NCBI GenBank assembly: GCA_904063045.1 | Contig: CAJFCJ010000012.1 | Span: 1,116,001 to 1,180,000, forward strand | Length of the DNA: 64,000 bases | Source: Dimorphilus gyrociliatus | Taxonomy: Eukaryota; Animalia; Annelida | Direction of reading: 5' to 3' | Part shown: piece by piece, positions 1-12,799 of the stretch | Numbering within the stretch: the first letter of the stretch is position 1 | How the letters are laid out: every line of letters starts with the position of its first letter | The notes under the pieces: generated by a model | Told to the model about the DNA's origin: nothing | Seen by the model: only the letters and a program-made list of their open reading frames with translations | Database searches by the model: none | Position numbers and translations under genes: made by a program

Positions 1-3000
1 ATGGACAGAATGTCATTCGCGTTAGTTCAGGTAGGCAAATTACTTTATTTGCATTTAAATTAGTAAACGCTTGTTTCCTTATGTTTCTTCATCTTTCATC
101 CTATAAAATTTGTAATTGCTATTCGGTCTACTTTATATGCATGAAATTCACCAATCAACCATTAAGTATTAGAATTGAGTCCAATAAAGCTAAAAGTTAA
201 CTACATTTTTTAGCTAGTTTAGAGGATTCTGCTGCGAAATTCTGTTATGGACAAGTGGCTTTATCGCATCATAAACGTCTGTGGATCAGTAAGTATAAAT
301 TTATGGGTATTAACAAAATCCAATATTTGTCAGTAGGGCAATCACTTAGTTTTCTAATAATCCCAATTTGAATACGTTAAATTGGTAAGATCTAATCTCT
401 CAAAAAGCTTACAATGTTTGCTGTTACGCAATTTTGTTGATTACATAATATATCAAATAGGCTAAGGAGATGAGATGTGTCGCGTGTATAAATACTTTTG
501 CTCAGCTTTTCTCTTTATTAACGTTATTGTTACTGCACATAGTCGATCAGCAACGTTCCTGGCTCCCGTGTCCTAAACTCGGTGGATATTTGTTCGAAAT
601 TATTGGAGGAGAAAAGGTAAATTTGAGCATCTTCATTATAGTCTATAATAATTTAATTACGTATCCTTCTTCGGGTAATTATTAGTCTTCGTGCCCGAAT
701 TCCAGGAAATATTCAAGATTGGAAAGTGAGTGTTCGTCTACGGAGGGATTACTCATGTTTTTTCGAGCAGCGGAATGTAACCCATTCTCAAATTACAAGC
801 ATAAATTTGCAAGATTTCTCTGTTGGGCTGATTGGATTGAAAACAACTATATTCATATCGTTTTAGGCTTTCATTCAAATTCAGCTCGTTACTTGCTTGT
901 AAGTTATTTATTATAATTATCCCAGAGTAGCACAACAATCTTGAAACTCATTAGTAATTGAGATTATTCAAGTGAGCATATAATTGTATAAAGTAACCTT
1001 TTATAAGTAGAATTTTTTACTTTCCTTAAACAACCTTACAATAAAAGCAACTCTCAGCGCGAGATCGTACCTCGAAGCTTTTTCCTCTAAGGCTTTAACT
1101 AAGCCTAATTATGAGAAGAAAACTTTTTTAAGGGTAATAAATTCTATAAAATAATACAAATAAGTAAGAGGGAAAAAAGCGAAAATAGACTGGAAAACTT
1201 AAAAGTTCTATATAAATACATTATCGGAAAGCATATACTGATTTTTAAATAATACATATTAAATGAATATTTCTAGAAAATACCACGCCACCTATCTAAT
1301 TCTCCGAATCACGTTACAAATGCAAAGGTATTTACGAACGTGATAATTCCTAAAGAAGAAGAGGAAGAATCACTAGAAGTTCATTTCTTTCGGCTACGTT
1401 TAAAAAGGAGTGATAATGGTCCCTGTTTTGACAATAATATTGACTGCAATAAGATAGTCAAAAAGAAAAAATGCAATATTAAAAGATTTGCCCGTCACTG
1501 TCAAAAATCCTGTGGTTTTTGTCAATTCCTTCTTCCCCCTGAGTCAAAGTGTGAAATGCCAGAAAATATTATAGGTTCGTGGACGTGGTACGAATCTCAG
1601 TTTTACGAAACAGTTAAGTTTCTAATAAATTCCCAGTTTTTTTTTCTTTCGGCTTAGCGTAAATCTCATTAAATTTTTTATTATTAAATTCAAACTTAAC
1701 AGGTTAATATTGATAGAAATAGTATTAAATTTGATAAATTCGGCACTTTTACTTGTAAGTCAATTAGTTTTGAAAGGAATTTGTTTATTGCTGTCGCGAA
1801 CTCTGAACATGGATGGTAATTAGTTTTAACTTTCGTAGTTTATTAATTATTCATGATTTTTGCTGCAAAATAGCTCAACAAGATATGTCTGCTTTAATAT
1901 AAAAAGACTGGATTATGATTTACTTTCCTTAAGAATTTGTAAGTTAAGCTAAGCGCCATCTGTTTTTTTCTACAATCCTTACTCGAGAGCAATAATGTTT
2001 TCTTTTGTTAAATAGCTCATACAAGTTTCGATAAGCGGGCAAGTTTCGATGAAATGTGTTTGTTTAGAGATGACCCTAAACCAATTGGGAGAATAATACA
2101 TTCAAGTAGTTCTAAAATTTTGTTACCAGATAGCAAAATTGCCATTAAAAGTTGCGGATTAGACGGAACCATTATGACGACGTTTAATTTCGCAAAAGGG
2201 GGTATCCACTGTGATGGAACATTATCAGATTGGAATAGACAAGAATGCAATCCGTCGAATACACTTCAAATGAAAACCAAATCTTGTTCCGATACAGAGC
2301 AATATAATTTAGGTATAGCATAAGCTGTTTACGTTTAGTCAATTCATTTTTAAGAGAAAATAGGCGATTTTATAATTAATAAATTGATCAAATAATAATC
2401 AGATTTTAACTGCGAAGCTTATTATAAGATAAATAAAGATAAAAGTTATCTGATCACGAGCTATGGAAAGCATAAACCTCTCCATTATAATTGCTGGGTT
2501 ATCGATTTGACTCCCATTAGAGGCTCTCAGTTTTCTTGGATTCAAGCAGTTCGTATGAGAGACGCTCAATGTAGCTTATTGCATGCGAGAGAGCTAATCG
2601 ATGTTTCAACTGTCGACGTTACAGTATGGTTGCAAAAAGGTAGTTTTTATTTCTTAAGTCTTATAAAAAATGAGTAGGCCTACCGCTACTGAAAATTTTT
2701 CCCATAGATTACAGAGAAAAGATGTGCGGAAATTTGAGAAATGATTCTACGACCAGAAAAAGCATTTGTAGGTATTTATGACACAGGCTTTTTTATTGAA
2801 ATAGAATAATTTTGATTTGAATAGACACAAGGAATGATTCGCATACAATATCTATGAGACAAGATAAGGATCCAACAATTTATGAGAAGGTAGATAGAGG
2901 CCTAGGAAGAAATTCAGCACGTCAATATCGTTCAAAATTAGTCTACACACTCTTTCAACAAATGGCTATCATTCAGCTAATAAACGAGTTTTGGCAGCTA

Positions 3001-3039
3001 AAATGGTTAATTTATACGAATTCCTACGAAATAACTTAA
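1..3039 (+). CDS. ShKT-domain, Cys-rich repeat cell-surface protein, copy 1 (multi-exon, probably 5'-partial)
   Basis: GT-AG exons join in frame at about 214-288, 543-616, 686-898, 1277-1611, 1702-1814, 1874-1938, 2017-2311, 2403-2639, 2709-2768 and 2825-3039. Six-Cys ShKT-like motif CFDNNIDCNKIVKKKKCNIKRFARHCQKSCGFC. Collinear similarity with the gene at 34161-37956 (SRLESECSSTEG vs SRMESECMSGEG; GCSTRYVC vs GCRPRYSC; DFNCEAY vs DFTCVGF). The reading frame of bases 1-30 is uncertain and no signal peptide is seen in the window. Confidence 0.8.
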
Positions 3040-3235
3040 GAATGTAGCGTTAAAGACGAAGATAAGGGAAAATTGAGAGAGAAAGAGACAAATTCTTCAG
3101 CAAGTTCCAAGTTATGCGCATTGAATATTTTAATTACTGAGATAAATTATAATTATAAAATTTTAATGTATTAATGACGTCAAAGACATTTTTAAAGAAA
3201 ATCAGTGAAAATATACACAGTATATATATACACAC

Positions 3236-3236
<1 letters not shown>

Positions 3237-3293
<57 letters not shown>
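3237..3293. repeat. (TA)n microsatellite
   Basis: Near-perfect TA dinucleotide run visible in the sequence. Confidence 0.95.
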
Positions 3294-3294
<1 letters not shown>

Positions 3295-3373
3295 AATGCT
3301 TTAGTATTTTGATATTTATTACAATAATAAGACCTAATTCATTACATAGTACACAAAAGATAAAATATTAATT

Positions 3374-3792
3374 ATGCTAAGATACGATAAAAATTCAAGG
3401 ATCAGAAATGTGGAACGTCGAAAGGATATTAAAAAGTAAATTTTATGTTAATTAGACCATCAACATTCAATTTTATAACGTTTATTCAAAAATAATGTCT
3501 TAGAGCAAGGGGAGAATCTTCAGAAGCATTTAAAAGAGCTTTTGAAGAAAGAGATTACACGGAATGTTGCTATATGCCGTCCGGTTCAGCCCATTTAGGT
3601 CGAATGAACAATGGGCGACAAGAGGGAGTTACCGACCGCGTCTCTTCAGCTGGCTACATGAAAAGTGACAATCAGCCGTTAAGGCAACAACAAAGGGAAT
3701 TTATGAGTCGAAAGAATCGGATGACAAGTACTTTGCACACGAAGAACACTTTTAATTGCTTGGATAAAAATGGTCCAAAGAGCGAGAATTGA
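3374..3792 (+). CDS. small orphan protein, about 116 aa, 2 exons
   Basis: ATG at 3374; exon 3374-3435, 68-bp GT-AG intron 3436-3503, exon 3504-3792. Phases match: MLRYDKNSRIRNVERRKDIKK-ARGESSEAFKRAFEERDYTECCYMPSG... No family recognised. Confidence 0.45.
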
Positions 3793-4136
3793 CGGCGTCC
3801 AATATTAAAAGAGCGTAGAATTTTTGTATTGACAGTATTGATTATCGATATACGATTATAGCGCCTTGTGCATTTATAAAGCCAACGTTTCAAATTGTTG
3901 TGCTATTCACACAGCAATTAGTGTACCACCACCACAGCTTTCGCTCTCTTTCTCTATCATTATTCTCAGCTAGAGTTTCGTCCACGTTTTATAAACATGA
4001 AGATAAAAGAAAACTTTGTGATTATTCTATTGAAATATTAAAATTATATATATATATTTATATATATAAATCAAAAGAAAATATATTATAAATAAGGAAT
4101 CGGGACGAAAAAATAAACTACTGAAAAACTTTTCCT

Positions 4137-4950
4137 ATGTTGAGAATGTTAAATAGTTATTGCTTTTTACCTCCGATTAGGAAAGGAGGTGGACGGTTCA
4201 AAAAGAAATACGAAAAGAAATTAGAGAAGGAGAGAAATTTTATGTATCCTTCTCTTCCTCCACTTCCATCGAAAGGAAGATCGATTGAAGAGGAAGTTAG
4301 AAGTTTTAAATTATGGAATAGCTTAAAACCTACTGTTACTAAAGTACACGATAGTCTCCCAACCTTAGAAGGTAAATATTTCTCTTATTTTTCCGGCTTG
4401 TTTGCTCTAATACTCGAGTAAGCAGACTGCCTGTTAATTATAGAAAGTATACGTAAATGATATGTTATTTCTATAAAATGGAGACTCTTCATAGGGTTAT
4501 GCGAATGTAAATTAAGAGCATTTAAGAAAAATATTATCATCTTCAAGTATTTCAATCAAATTTTTCGGGCAATATTTACACCTCTTTCTATTTCTACACG
4601 AGACTTTTTTCTACTCACCAAAGTATGAACAACTTAAAGCATATCTTCTAATAATAATTATAGTATAAATACCACGTGACAAGCTGATTAAATAAACTAT
4701 TATTTATAAATAAAAAGCGTTATTTGTATATATTTTAATTAAATGAAACAATTTATCTTTTATAGTGGTATTAACCGAAAAAATTGAAATGAAAAGGAGC
4801 GAAAATAAAAGGAGAGGAACGGTTTGTTTAGCTGTTAATAGTCCAAACGTTGGACGGGGAGTTATTGATCCTCTAGCCCGGCGGGGCAGTAGAGCTCCTG
4901 CTCTCCCCTCTTTCCCATTTACACTTGATACTCCTAGAATAGAGGAATAG
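4137..4950 (+). CDS. basic orphan protein, at least 2 exons
   Basis: Exon 4137-4371 (MLRMLNSYCFLPPIRK...SLPTLE, donor GTAAAT) is phase-compatible with acceptor TTTATAG at 4765 and exon 4766-4950 (VLTEKIEMKRSENKRRGTVCL...RRGSRAPALP). Intermediate exons are possible. Confidence 0.5.
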
Positions 4951-5594
4951 AAAAACATTTAATTGAACATGGCTTTATTACATTGCTAATAAATTTTTAT
5001 AAATAAATAAATTGAATTTGAAATGACAGTTTTTCAATTTAATTAAGTTTTAATTGATATAAAATAAAATTAGATTAGATTTACCAAACAAACAAAATAG
5101 ACAAAACACATTCGATATATTTGAAAAATAAGATGAGAAACGAATCATTATAATCAGCGGTTCGTTTCTTTGAAGAAGTCTCCTTTTAATTCTTTTGGGA
5201 TAAAAATAAGATTACGCATTACGAATCACTTAAAAAGGGAATCAAAGATAAAATCCTTCGTAAGGGCGAAAAATTGGAAAGGTGATGAATCCCTTAAAGA
5301 GCTAAATCCTGTAAGAAGATATTGTATAACACTTGCACTTGAAGTCGTGTATGTTGCGGGGTTATGACTTTAAAGGGAAAAATTAGAAGGAAGGATTAAA
5401 AAGATATTTCAAGTCACACGATAAGTTATTTTTAACAGCTAATCCTGCTTTTATCGCCTCGAAAGTTATAACTGAAAATGTTTTTTTTGGTATTACGTAA
5501 TATCTTGTATTCAACATTATACAACTTGAATCATTGAACATTAGAATGAAAAATCGAAAAATTTAACTCAAAAGATTAGAGCAAAGATCTGCTC

Positions 5595-6626
5595 TTAGGA
5601 CAATTCGCAGAAACATTTGTCTTGGGGACAGTTGGGAGGGAAATGAGCGCAATTGAGTTCACACCATTTATCTTTGTTTGGATCTCCTAACCACTCTCCG
5701 ATTCCTCTACATCTTACACCTGAAAAATGAATAAAATTTTATTCAATCCTATTCATTAAGAAAGCGGGAGTTTTACCTGGAATTGATGACGGCCAAGGTG
5801 AAGGAGTTGGGTCTGTTGCTGGAACGGACGGTGTTGGACCTGCTGTGGCAGGTGGGGGGAAATTCTTACCTATAGCCACGTCAGAACATCCATAAAATTG
5901 TTCTTGAGGTCCGCAGCCAACGCATCCAGATCCTGATCCTGGATCCTGACCCCATGAATTACCACAATTCCACTTCCATTGTATGACACAATTTTGACAC
6001 TCAAGATTGTCGGGGAGCTTGACCTTAAAATGATATGGCTTGTTTTCCGATTGTAGAAGATGCCATCTCTTTGAGCCATCTTCAAATTCGAGGATATTGT
6101 TGTCAAAACATTCGTTGGTTATAGGACTATTTTGTAATGACTAATGCTTTAGTAATTGTAAAAGTGCCTATTAACAACAAAACTTACTTTCCAGCTGTGT
6201 CTTGACTACATATTCTAAATTCAAACCATCCCCTATGATTAGCGGTGATTTCAACAGTAATGTCTATAACTTGTCCTGTTTGATATAGTCTTGTAACAAC
6301 ACCATTACCAAATTTACCGCCGAATTCATTATCCCTTGGAGTAGGTTGATTCCACGGATCTCCACATGGACCGCATTTACCTTGCATAGGTCCGTGTTGA
6401 TGCTGTCGACATATTTTTTATAAATTACTATTGTTTTAATAAATGATATTGAATTGCTTACTCCTGCTCCTCCGCAATTCAATTCATTGTCATTGTAGTT
6501 AGGTGGATTATCAAAGCCGTCTCTCCACATACTGCTTCTCGACGGTGGTTCTCTTAGTCTACCATGGGCATTAATAGAACTTGGTATTACTGCTAACCCG
6601 AATAAAATACAATAAAATAACTTCAT
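5595..6626 (-). CDS. secreted lytic polysaccharide monooxygenase (AA15 / chitin-binding type-4 domain) with Pro/Thr/Ser linker and C-terminal 6-Cys module
   Basis: Exons 6626-6462, 6402-6188, 6126-5777 and 5719-5595 sum to 855 nt (284 aa). Signal peptide MKLFYCILFGLAVIPSSINA followed by His1 (HGRLREPPSRSS), second His in ITANHRGWFEFRIC, then CVIQWKWNCGNSWG and QEQFYGCSDVAI: the typical histidine-brace LPMO pattern. Confidence 0.92.
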
Positions 6627-7605
6627 CGTTATGGTTTAAAGTTATGTGAATAATGATAAATTGTGCATTTTATACTTTGATGGTGTGGGTTACAGCATCA
6701 GTTTATCTAGAAAAAAAAGCAAAACAACCGTAATTAAACGTACTATCTATCCTTTCAAATCTACAACAAAAAAGATTAATACATTTTACTAGTTCAATAA
6801 ATAAATAGAATGTAGAATATAAGAATAAAGGCAATTTCTAGAATATATAAATAGTATTAAATTATTAAAAGCATATAATCTCATTCAAAAGACTATAAAA
6901 ATGTGCAAAAACCTAAGAAGGAATAGAATAATACTAATTTTTTTTGTTGTGTTCTAAGTTAAAAATTATATTTTCTATAATTCTTTTCTACCATTCAAGC
7001 TCTAGGTGAAAAAAAGGGTGCTTAGGAGAAGTATATTTAAACGATTCTTTATTCTATTCACTCTGTTTAGACTTACATTCCGATAGTTTATAATTACTTT
7101 TGTTAGCAAGCTATTCGGAAAGAATAAGGTGAAAAGTTTCAATCATATAGCAATATTATTTGAATTCCAAAGTTAGTTAATAATCGACCTTCCTTTTTTT
7201 AGTTTTTCGTCAATCATTTTTTGCTTGAATAATTTAGTAGCATAAAAAAAAGAAGTCCATTGAAAATAGTTTTTGTAAAGAAACCCAATGCAAGTGCCCT
7301 TACATTGAAGTAATAATGTTTTCAAATTTTTTTTTGGGCTTGCCATACAACAGCAGGTGATATTTTGATAAAGAAATTGCGTTATCTTGAATATTTCTTT
7401 TTTTGAAATATGCGTTCACTTAAAAATAAATTGCCATGGTTTAAACAAAACTTAAGTGTTATCTATAAAATTAATAGAAAAAAATAGTCCTGTAATTTTC
7501 CCTCAATGATAAGATATTGATTACAAAGTTTCAAAGACTAAAAGGCATAGAGCAATTTATTTCTATTGTTTAAGTTACGCTAATAATTAGTGTTTATTTA
7601 TTTAG

Positions 7606-7906
7606 TCAATCGTCGTCATTATCTTGGAAATGTTGATCAATAAAAAACTCTAGGACTTGTTTATCATTTAATTCCTGTCCCATCTCAGGTTGAAGGTTAA
7701 AGTCTTTCGCGTCGTATTCTTCCCTTAGTCCTCTCATTCCGTGAAATTCTCCATTAAAATCCAATCTTCCCAACGGGGGCAGTCTTAAATAAACCATTTA
7801 ATGAATATAAACAAAACAGGCGATTTGAAATTGTGTACTACCTAGCTTCCGTTAAATAAAGAAAGAATAAAGATAAAAGCAGCGTGAATTTCAGAGCGCA
7901 ATTCAT
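7606..7906 (-). CDS. small secreted peptide precursor, 80 aa, 2 exons
   Basis: ATG at 7906; exon 7906-7842 encodes signal peptide MNCALKFTLLLSLFFLYLTEA; 58-bp GT-AG intron 7841-7784; exon 7783-7606 gives RLPPLGRLDFNGEFHGMRGLREEYDAKDFNLQPEMGQELNDKQVLEFFIDQHFQDNDDD. Confidence 0.7.
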
Positions 7907-8137
7907 CTCTAAATGACTGTAAACACGAACGACAAACAACGCCCCTTTTTTTGTGAAAACCTACCTTTTCGCATGCAAATATTGTGTTTTTGTATAGGCT
8001 GACCTAATTATATGGTTTATCTAGAATTAAAAGTAAAGGACGAATTCAAGCTTCAAAGTTCAAGATTATCAAATAAAGAATAAATAGTAGTTTATGTTCT
8101 AAATGTTAGGTCATTCACACAGTTACAAAGAGAAATT

Positions 8138-9217
8138 ATGGAGGAAGTAAAGAACATTTCGTTAACTTATCCAAAATTTATTCACAAAGCCTGGGAATAT
8201 CTATACGACGACTATTTCCAGGGAGACGAATATTCATTGGCAGTAAACGGTATATAGATTTATACATTATTCTTTAATCAAGTGATTTGAACTGTTCAAG
8301 TAAAATTGCATTCTGTTGACAGGAACATTTATTTCTAGCAATACTGTTTTCTTCACTATATGTGCATTATTCACATTAGTCGATTGCACTAATAAACCAC
8401 AGTTTATTAGTAAATATGTTATGCAATCAAGGGAAAAACCGGTAAATTATATTTAATATAATGATCATGTCAATGTTATAAAGGTATTTTAAAAAACTTT
8501 AGGTACAGTTACGCTCTGCTTTAAAAGCTTGGCTCTTGGTTCTATTCAATCAAATAATTGTCGCTTATACATTCCTACCACTTATGTATTATTCTTTTAA
8601 GTTAAGAGGGAACAGCTTTGCTAAAACCTTACCCAGCATACCCGAGACAATTTTACATGTCATAGGCTTTAGTGCCGTTGAGGAGATTTTCTTTTATTAT
8701 ACTCACAGGTATAATATTTACACAGTTTTGTGTCTATTTATATTCGAAAGAATGCCCGACTGACACATATTTTTTACAAACATCTTTTAACAGATTACTG
8801 CATCACCCAAAACTTTATAAACATATCCATAAAATACACCATGAATGGCAAGCACCAATTGCTATAGCTTCCCTCTACGCCCACCCATTAGAGCACTTAC
8901 TATCAAATCTGTTTCCAGCAGTATTGGGACCGATAGTTTTCGGCTCTCACGTATTATTGGCTATGGTATGGTTTACGACTGCTCTAATTTCAACTATAAT
9001 CTCTCACATGGGATATCACTTACCGTTTCTCCCATCAACCGAACATCATGATTATCACCATTTAAAATTTACAGACAATTTTGGAGTTTTTGGCATATTA
9101 GACAGACTTCATGGAACTGATAAGAAATTTAGAAAATCGGTACAATTTAAAAGGCATAAAATTTTACTTGGAATGGAGCCTTTAATTGAAACTATACCCA
9201 GTCTAAAAACACAATAA
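8138..9217 (+). CDS. FAXDC2: fatty acid hydroxylase / sterol desaturase family protein, copy a
   Basis: Exons at about 8138-8250, 8323-8441, 8503-8708 and 8794-9217. His boxes FYYTHRLLH, HKIHHEW, YAHPLEH, HMGYHLP and HHDYHHLKF, plus the NFGVFGILDRLHGTD C-terminal motif. Confidence 0.88.
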
Positions 9218-9646
9218 TTCTTAATATCGTATATAATCTAATAACATGATGACGTAACGTTTATTAGTAAATAATGATTTTTTTAAGTGAATAATCCAAA
9301 GGAATTGAAAATGATATGCTACTTATGTCTAATTTATAATTTTAAATACAATAAGACTATTTCTAATCCAAATTCTGATATATTTACTTTTTAAGAAGTG
9401 ATTTTTATGTACTCTTTATAAGAAGATTAAATATAATACTATAGTCTCAAAATCTAAGCTCAATAATAAATATACTTGAACTTTTCTGCAAGCAGATGGC
9501 GTCACTGAACTATTTCTAAAGAGGTTATCGATTTGTACTGTACCGGATTTCTCAATATTTTGCAAAAGATTATTGTAGATATATCAATCTAATAAATAAT
9601 CAGTTCAAAGTTTAGGGTGTCAGAAAGAACACATCATCTAAGTAAC

Positions 9647-10721
9647 ATGTTGCAGTCCATCTGGAATTTAGTTTATTCGGATATATTTCGTGAAAATCCA
9701 TTTAACGTCACAGTTTATGGTAAAGATATAGATTTAATTGCGTAGTAAAAGTATTTATTATATAAAAAACATATTAATATATACTTAATATGTACTATAG
9801 ATATATAAATTAATAAATATAGACCCTGTTATAAGCATAATTATTTTATAATTATATGTTGTTAGGGTCATTTTTAATCGGAAACGGTTTCTTTTTTGGC
9901 CTTTCTGCTATCTTATCTGTAATTGATTACACTGGAAAACCGAAATTTTTCACTAAATACAAAATTCAACCAAATCGAAATGCTCCGGTAAGAAAATAGT
10001 TCCGATATTTAGTATTACCATATTTGTATTTATTGTAATTTAGGTTGAACCAAAGACACTTTTAAAAGCTTGGCTTTTATCGTTATTTAACCTTATGATT
10101 GTTGGTCCTCTTTATATGATTGGGATGTTTTATCTTTTTCTCTGGAGAGGCAGCCAATTTTCTATCAAATTACCAGCCTATTCAACAATTATCAAAGAAA
10201 TGGTAATATTTATTGCAATTGAGGAGATTCTCTTCTATTATAGTCATAGGTGAGATAACTTATAAATTGCCATTATACTGTAAACAATTACAATGATACT
10301 TTTTTTTAATAGATTATTACATCATCGTCTCTTTTATAAGCGAATTCATAAAATCCATCACGATTTTCAAGCTCCGATGGCAGTGACTGCTGTCTACGCC
10401 CACCCAGTTGAGCACATAGTTTCAAATTTAACACCTATTATTGCTGGTCCATTAATCTTGGGTTCTCATATTGGAGTCGTCCTTCTGTGGTTTATAATAG
10501 CTTTGCAAGCAACAGTAATCGATCACATGGGATATCATTTACCATTTGTTAAATCGCCAGAATTCCATGACTATCATCACTTAAAATTCACCTGCAATTT
10601 TGGAGTGTTAGGATTCCTTGATTGGTTACACAAAACTGATTTAGCTTTCAGGCGTTCTAAGGCTCATCAGAGGCATAAAATCTTGCTTGGTTTTACACCT
10701 CTGAGCCAATCGATTCAATAA
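9647..10721 (+). CDS. FAXDC2: fatty acid hydroxylase / sterol desaturase family protein, copy b (tandem paralog)
   Basis: Exons at about 9647-9719, 9866-9986, 10043-10229 and 10313-10721. FYYSHRLLH, HKIHHDF, YAHPVEH, FHDYHHLKF and NFGVLGFLDWLHKTD. Same intron positions as copy a. Confidence 0.88.
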
Positions 10722-10771
10722 AGAAAAGAAAATTGTTTTTTAATATAAAGATTTCATATTTTTCCTTTGAG

Positions 10772-10784
10772 GTTGCTAAGATAC
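10772..10784 (+). promoter_or_regulatory. candidate RFX X-box GTTGCTAAGATAC
   Basis: Perfect GTTGCT half-site plus a degenerate second half, about 240 bp upstream of the ATG at 11022. Motif match only. Confidence 0.35.
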
Positions 10785-11021
10785 CTATTGAAAAGCTTCT
10801 AAAACTTGCGATTATTAGCATAAGCCTATAAACGACTTGTAAAATAAAATAAGCACAATAAGTTATTCCTGCTTGTAATAAATGGCCGGCAAACGTGTTG
10901 ACTTGTTTAAATTTTCGACAGGCTTGTCAATTTATAGGAGGAGTTTAAATGTTAGCGTTTGAATAGGAGATAAATATTTGCTATACTCGTTCCATAAGCC
11001 AATTATACATAATTCTTAACC

Positions 11022-12102
11022 ATGGACGAGGTAATAGCGGAAGAAACAGAAGAAGTTTCTCCAGATCATGAACAGCCAGTTTTAAGAGGAAAAGAGTTGT
11101 TTAAAAGTGCTATTTTACGAGTAATTGAAAAATATATTTTAGCTGGTAAGAAAAAGTCTAGATTAAGAAAGATTAGCAGAAAAGAACCAACAAATCTGAG
11201 TTCTTCAAGTAAAAATGCAGCAACAAACAATGACAAGAAACAAGTTCGAGTTAGAAAAATATCAGCTACTAAAGGTCCGTCATTACCGCAGATTACCAAT
11301 CAAAAACTTCCATCAGAGAAAAAGGTTAAGAAGAGTACAAATAATGCCTTAAATGCCCAAAATGGCTTTGGAAATATTGTAAAATTAGCTAGTATTAGAG
11401 ATAGAATGTTTGGAAAGAAGAAAGAGAATTCTAAGGAAGAAATCCAAGAAGATGAACCTAAAAAATTACCGTCAAGGTCAAGATTTGTTAGTAAACTTTC
11501 ACCGGAAGCGCAATATTCTATGTTGAAGGGATACGAGGACGTGATAGTAAAGGATTTGGGGAAGTTGTATCCAGAGCATTTAATTGCTTTTAATGAACAA
11601 AGAGCGGTTACACCAGCTAATAAGAAGTGCTCATTAAGCGAAATTGGGGAAAAAGTTAATGAGGGAGGAGCTAATGAACTCAAAGACCAAAGTACTCCGA
11701 AAACTTTAAAGACAAAAAAACGTCTTAACAAAGTTCATCTTCCCTTACTTCAAAATACTTCTGTCATTAAGCAAAAGCGGCTGACTTATAGGTAAGAATA
11801 ATGCGATGTAAATTATTCCGTTACGAAGTAATACGCATTTTCTCATCCTTTTGTACTTCTTCTATTAACTCTCTTTATGCCCTACTTATTAAGAGAAAAA
11901 CGTATAAAAATAGCATTTAATTTTTTTACCCAGATTCGAAACTGCACAGGATATAATTGACGCTTTAAAGAGTAAAAAAGGACTCATAGTCACTTCACCC
12001 AGATATAAAACCCAGCAAAAAAACCCAGTCAAAGATTTTGGCACGTGGAGTTATAATTGGACTAGAGAATTTGTTTTAAAAACAAGGCAGGGTGGAATGT
12101 AA
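11022..12102 (+). CDS. uncharacterised basic protein, tandem family member 1
   Basis: Exon 11022-11791, intron 11792-11933, exon 11934-12102 (RFETAQDIID...FGTWSYNWTREF...M). Shares RFxxxLSxExQYxxLxxYED with members 2 and 3, and TYRxExxQ...WSxxWxREF with member 2. Confidence 0.82.
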
Positions 12103-12799
12103 CCAAGAAGATAGTTTCATTCCCTATATTCTACTAGAATAAATATTAACCGAAAGTTTAAGTGCTTTATAAACAAACTAAAGGAGAATATTACATAATC
12201 AAACTTCACGTATCTTTAGACTCTTTTGATTTATTTCTATTCAAATAAAAAGATATATTGTATTTTATCAAAATCTATACTAATTAAATATAGTATATTG
12301 ATTACTGATTTTTGAAATATGATATGCCAATACCTTCTAAAAACTCTCTTTATTGTTGATAATGCGACTATCAAAACAAAATAGCAGCCTACAAATTAAT
12401 CAATGAACAGTGCATGACCCTTCTAGGGGTCAGGTATTTATAAACACATAAAGTGTCTTAACCAACTTTTAGGATTATCTTGAAAAAAGGGTAGCGGGTG
12501 GTGATCTTTATAGGACTATTCAAGATTGAATACATTATTGTGATTGGAGTTTACTCGTTTGGGTTATAAAAGGCTTGTTTCTCAGAGTAGGCTTTTTCTA
12601 TTATGGCAAGTCAGGCTCACTTACTCTCTCTCTCTCTCCTTCGCTTTCTCCGATATTTTACAATTATTGAACGTCGCAATTTCTACAAGATTAGAAAAAT
12701 TTAAGCCAAAATATAGGTTTATTAAATTTATTTTATCTTATCGAAAACATACAGCTATATAAATCTATTATCAACAGTCAAACAGAAGTAGCTCTAAAG

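Noticed and set aside
470-542. N-terminal part of ORF 470..685 (MRCVACINTF...)
   Set aside because: Best explained as intron: exon 214-288 splices in phase to 543 and gives WI-IDQQRSWLPCP, matching the paralog.
3174-3371. ORF with YIYIYI repeats (also 18640..18861 and 18678..18869)
   Set aside because: Translation of (TA)n microsatellites.
11066-11731. Minus-strand ORFs of 77 and 143 aa
   Set aside because: Antisense shadows of the plus-strand family member 1 exon.
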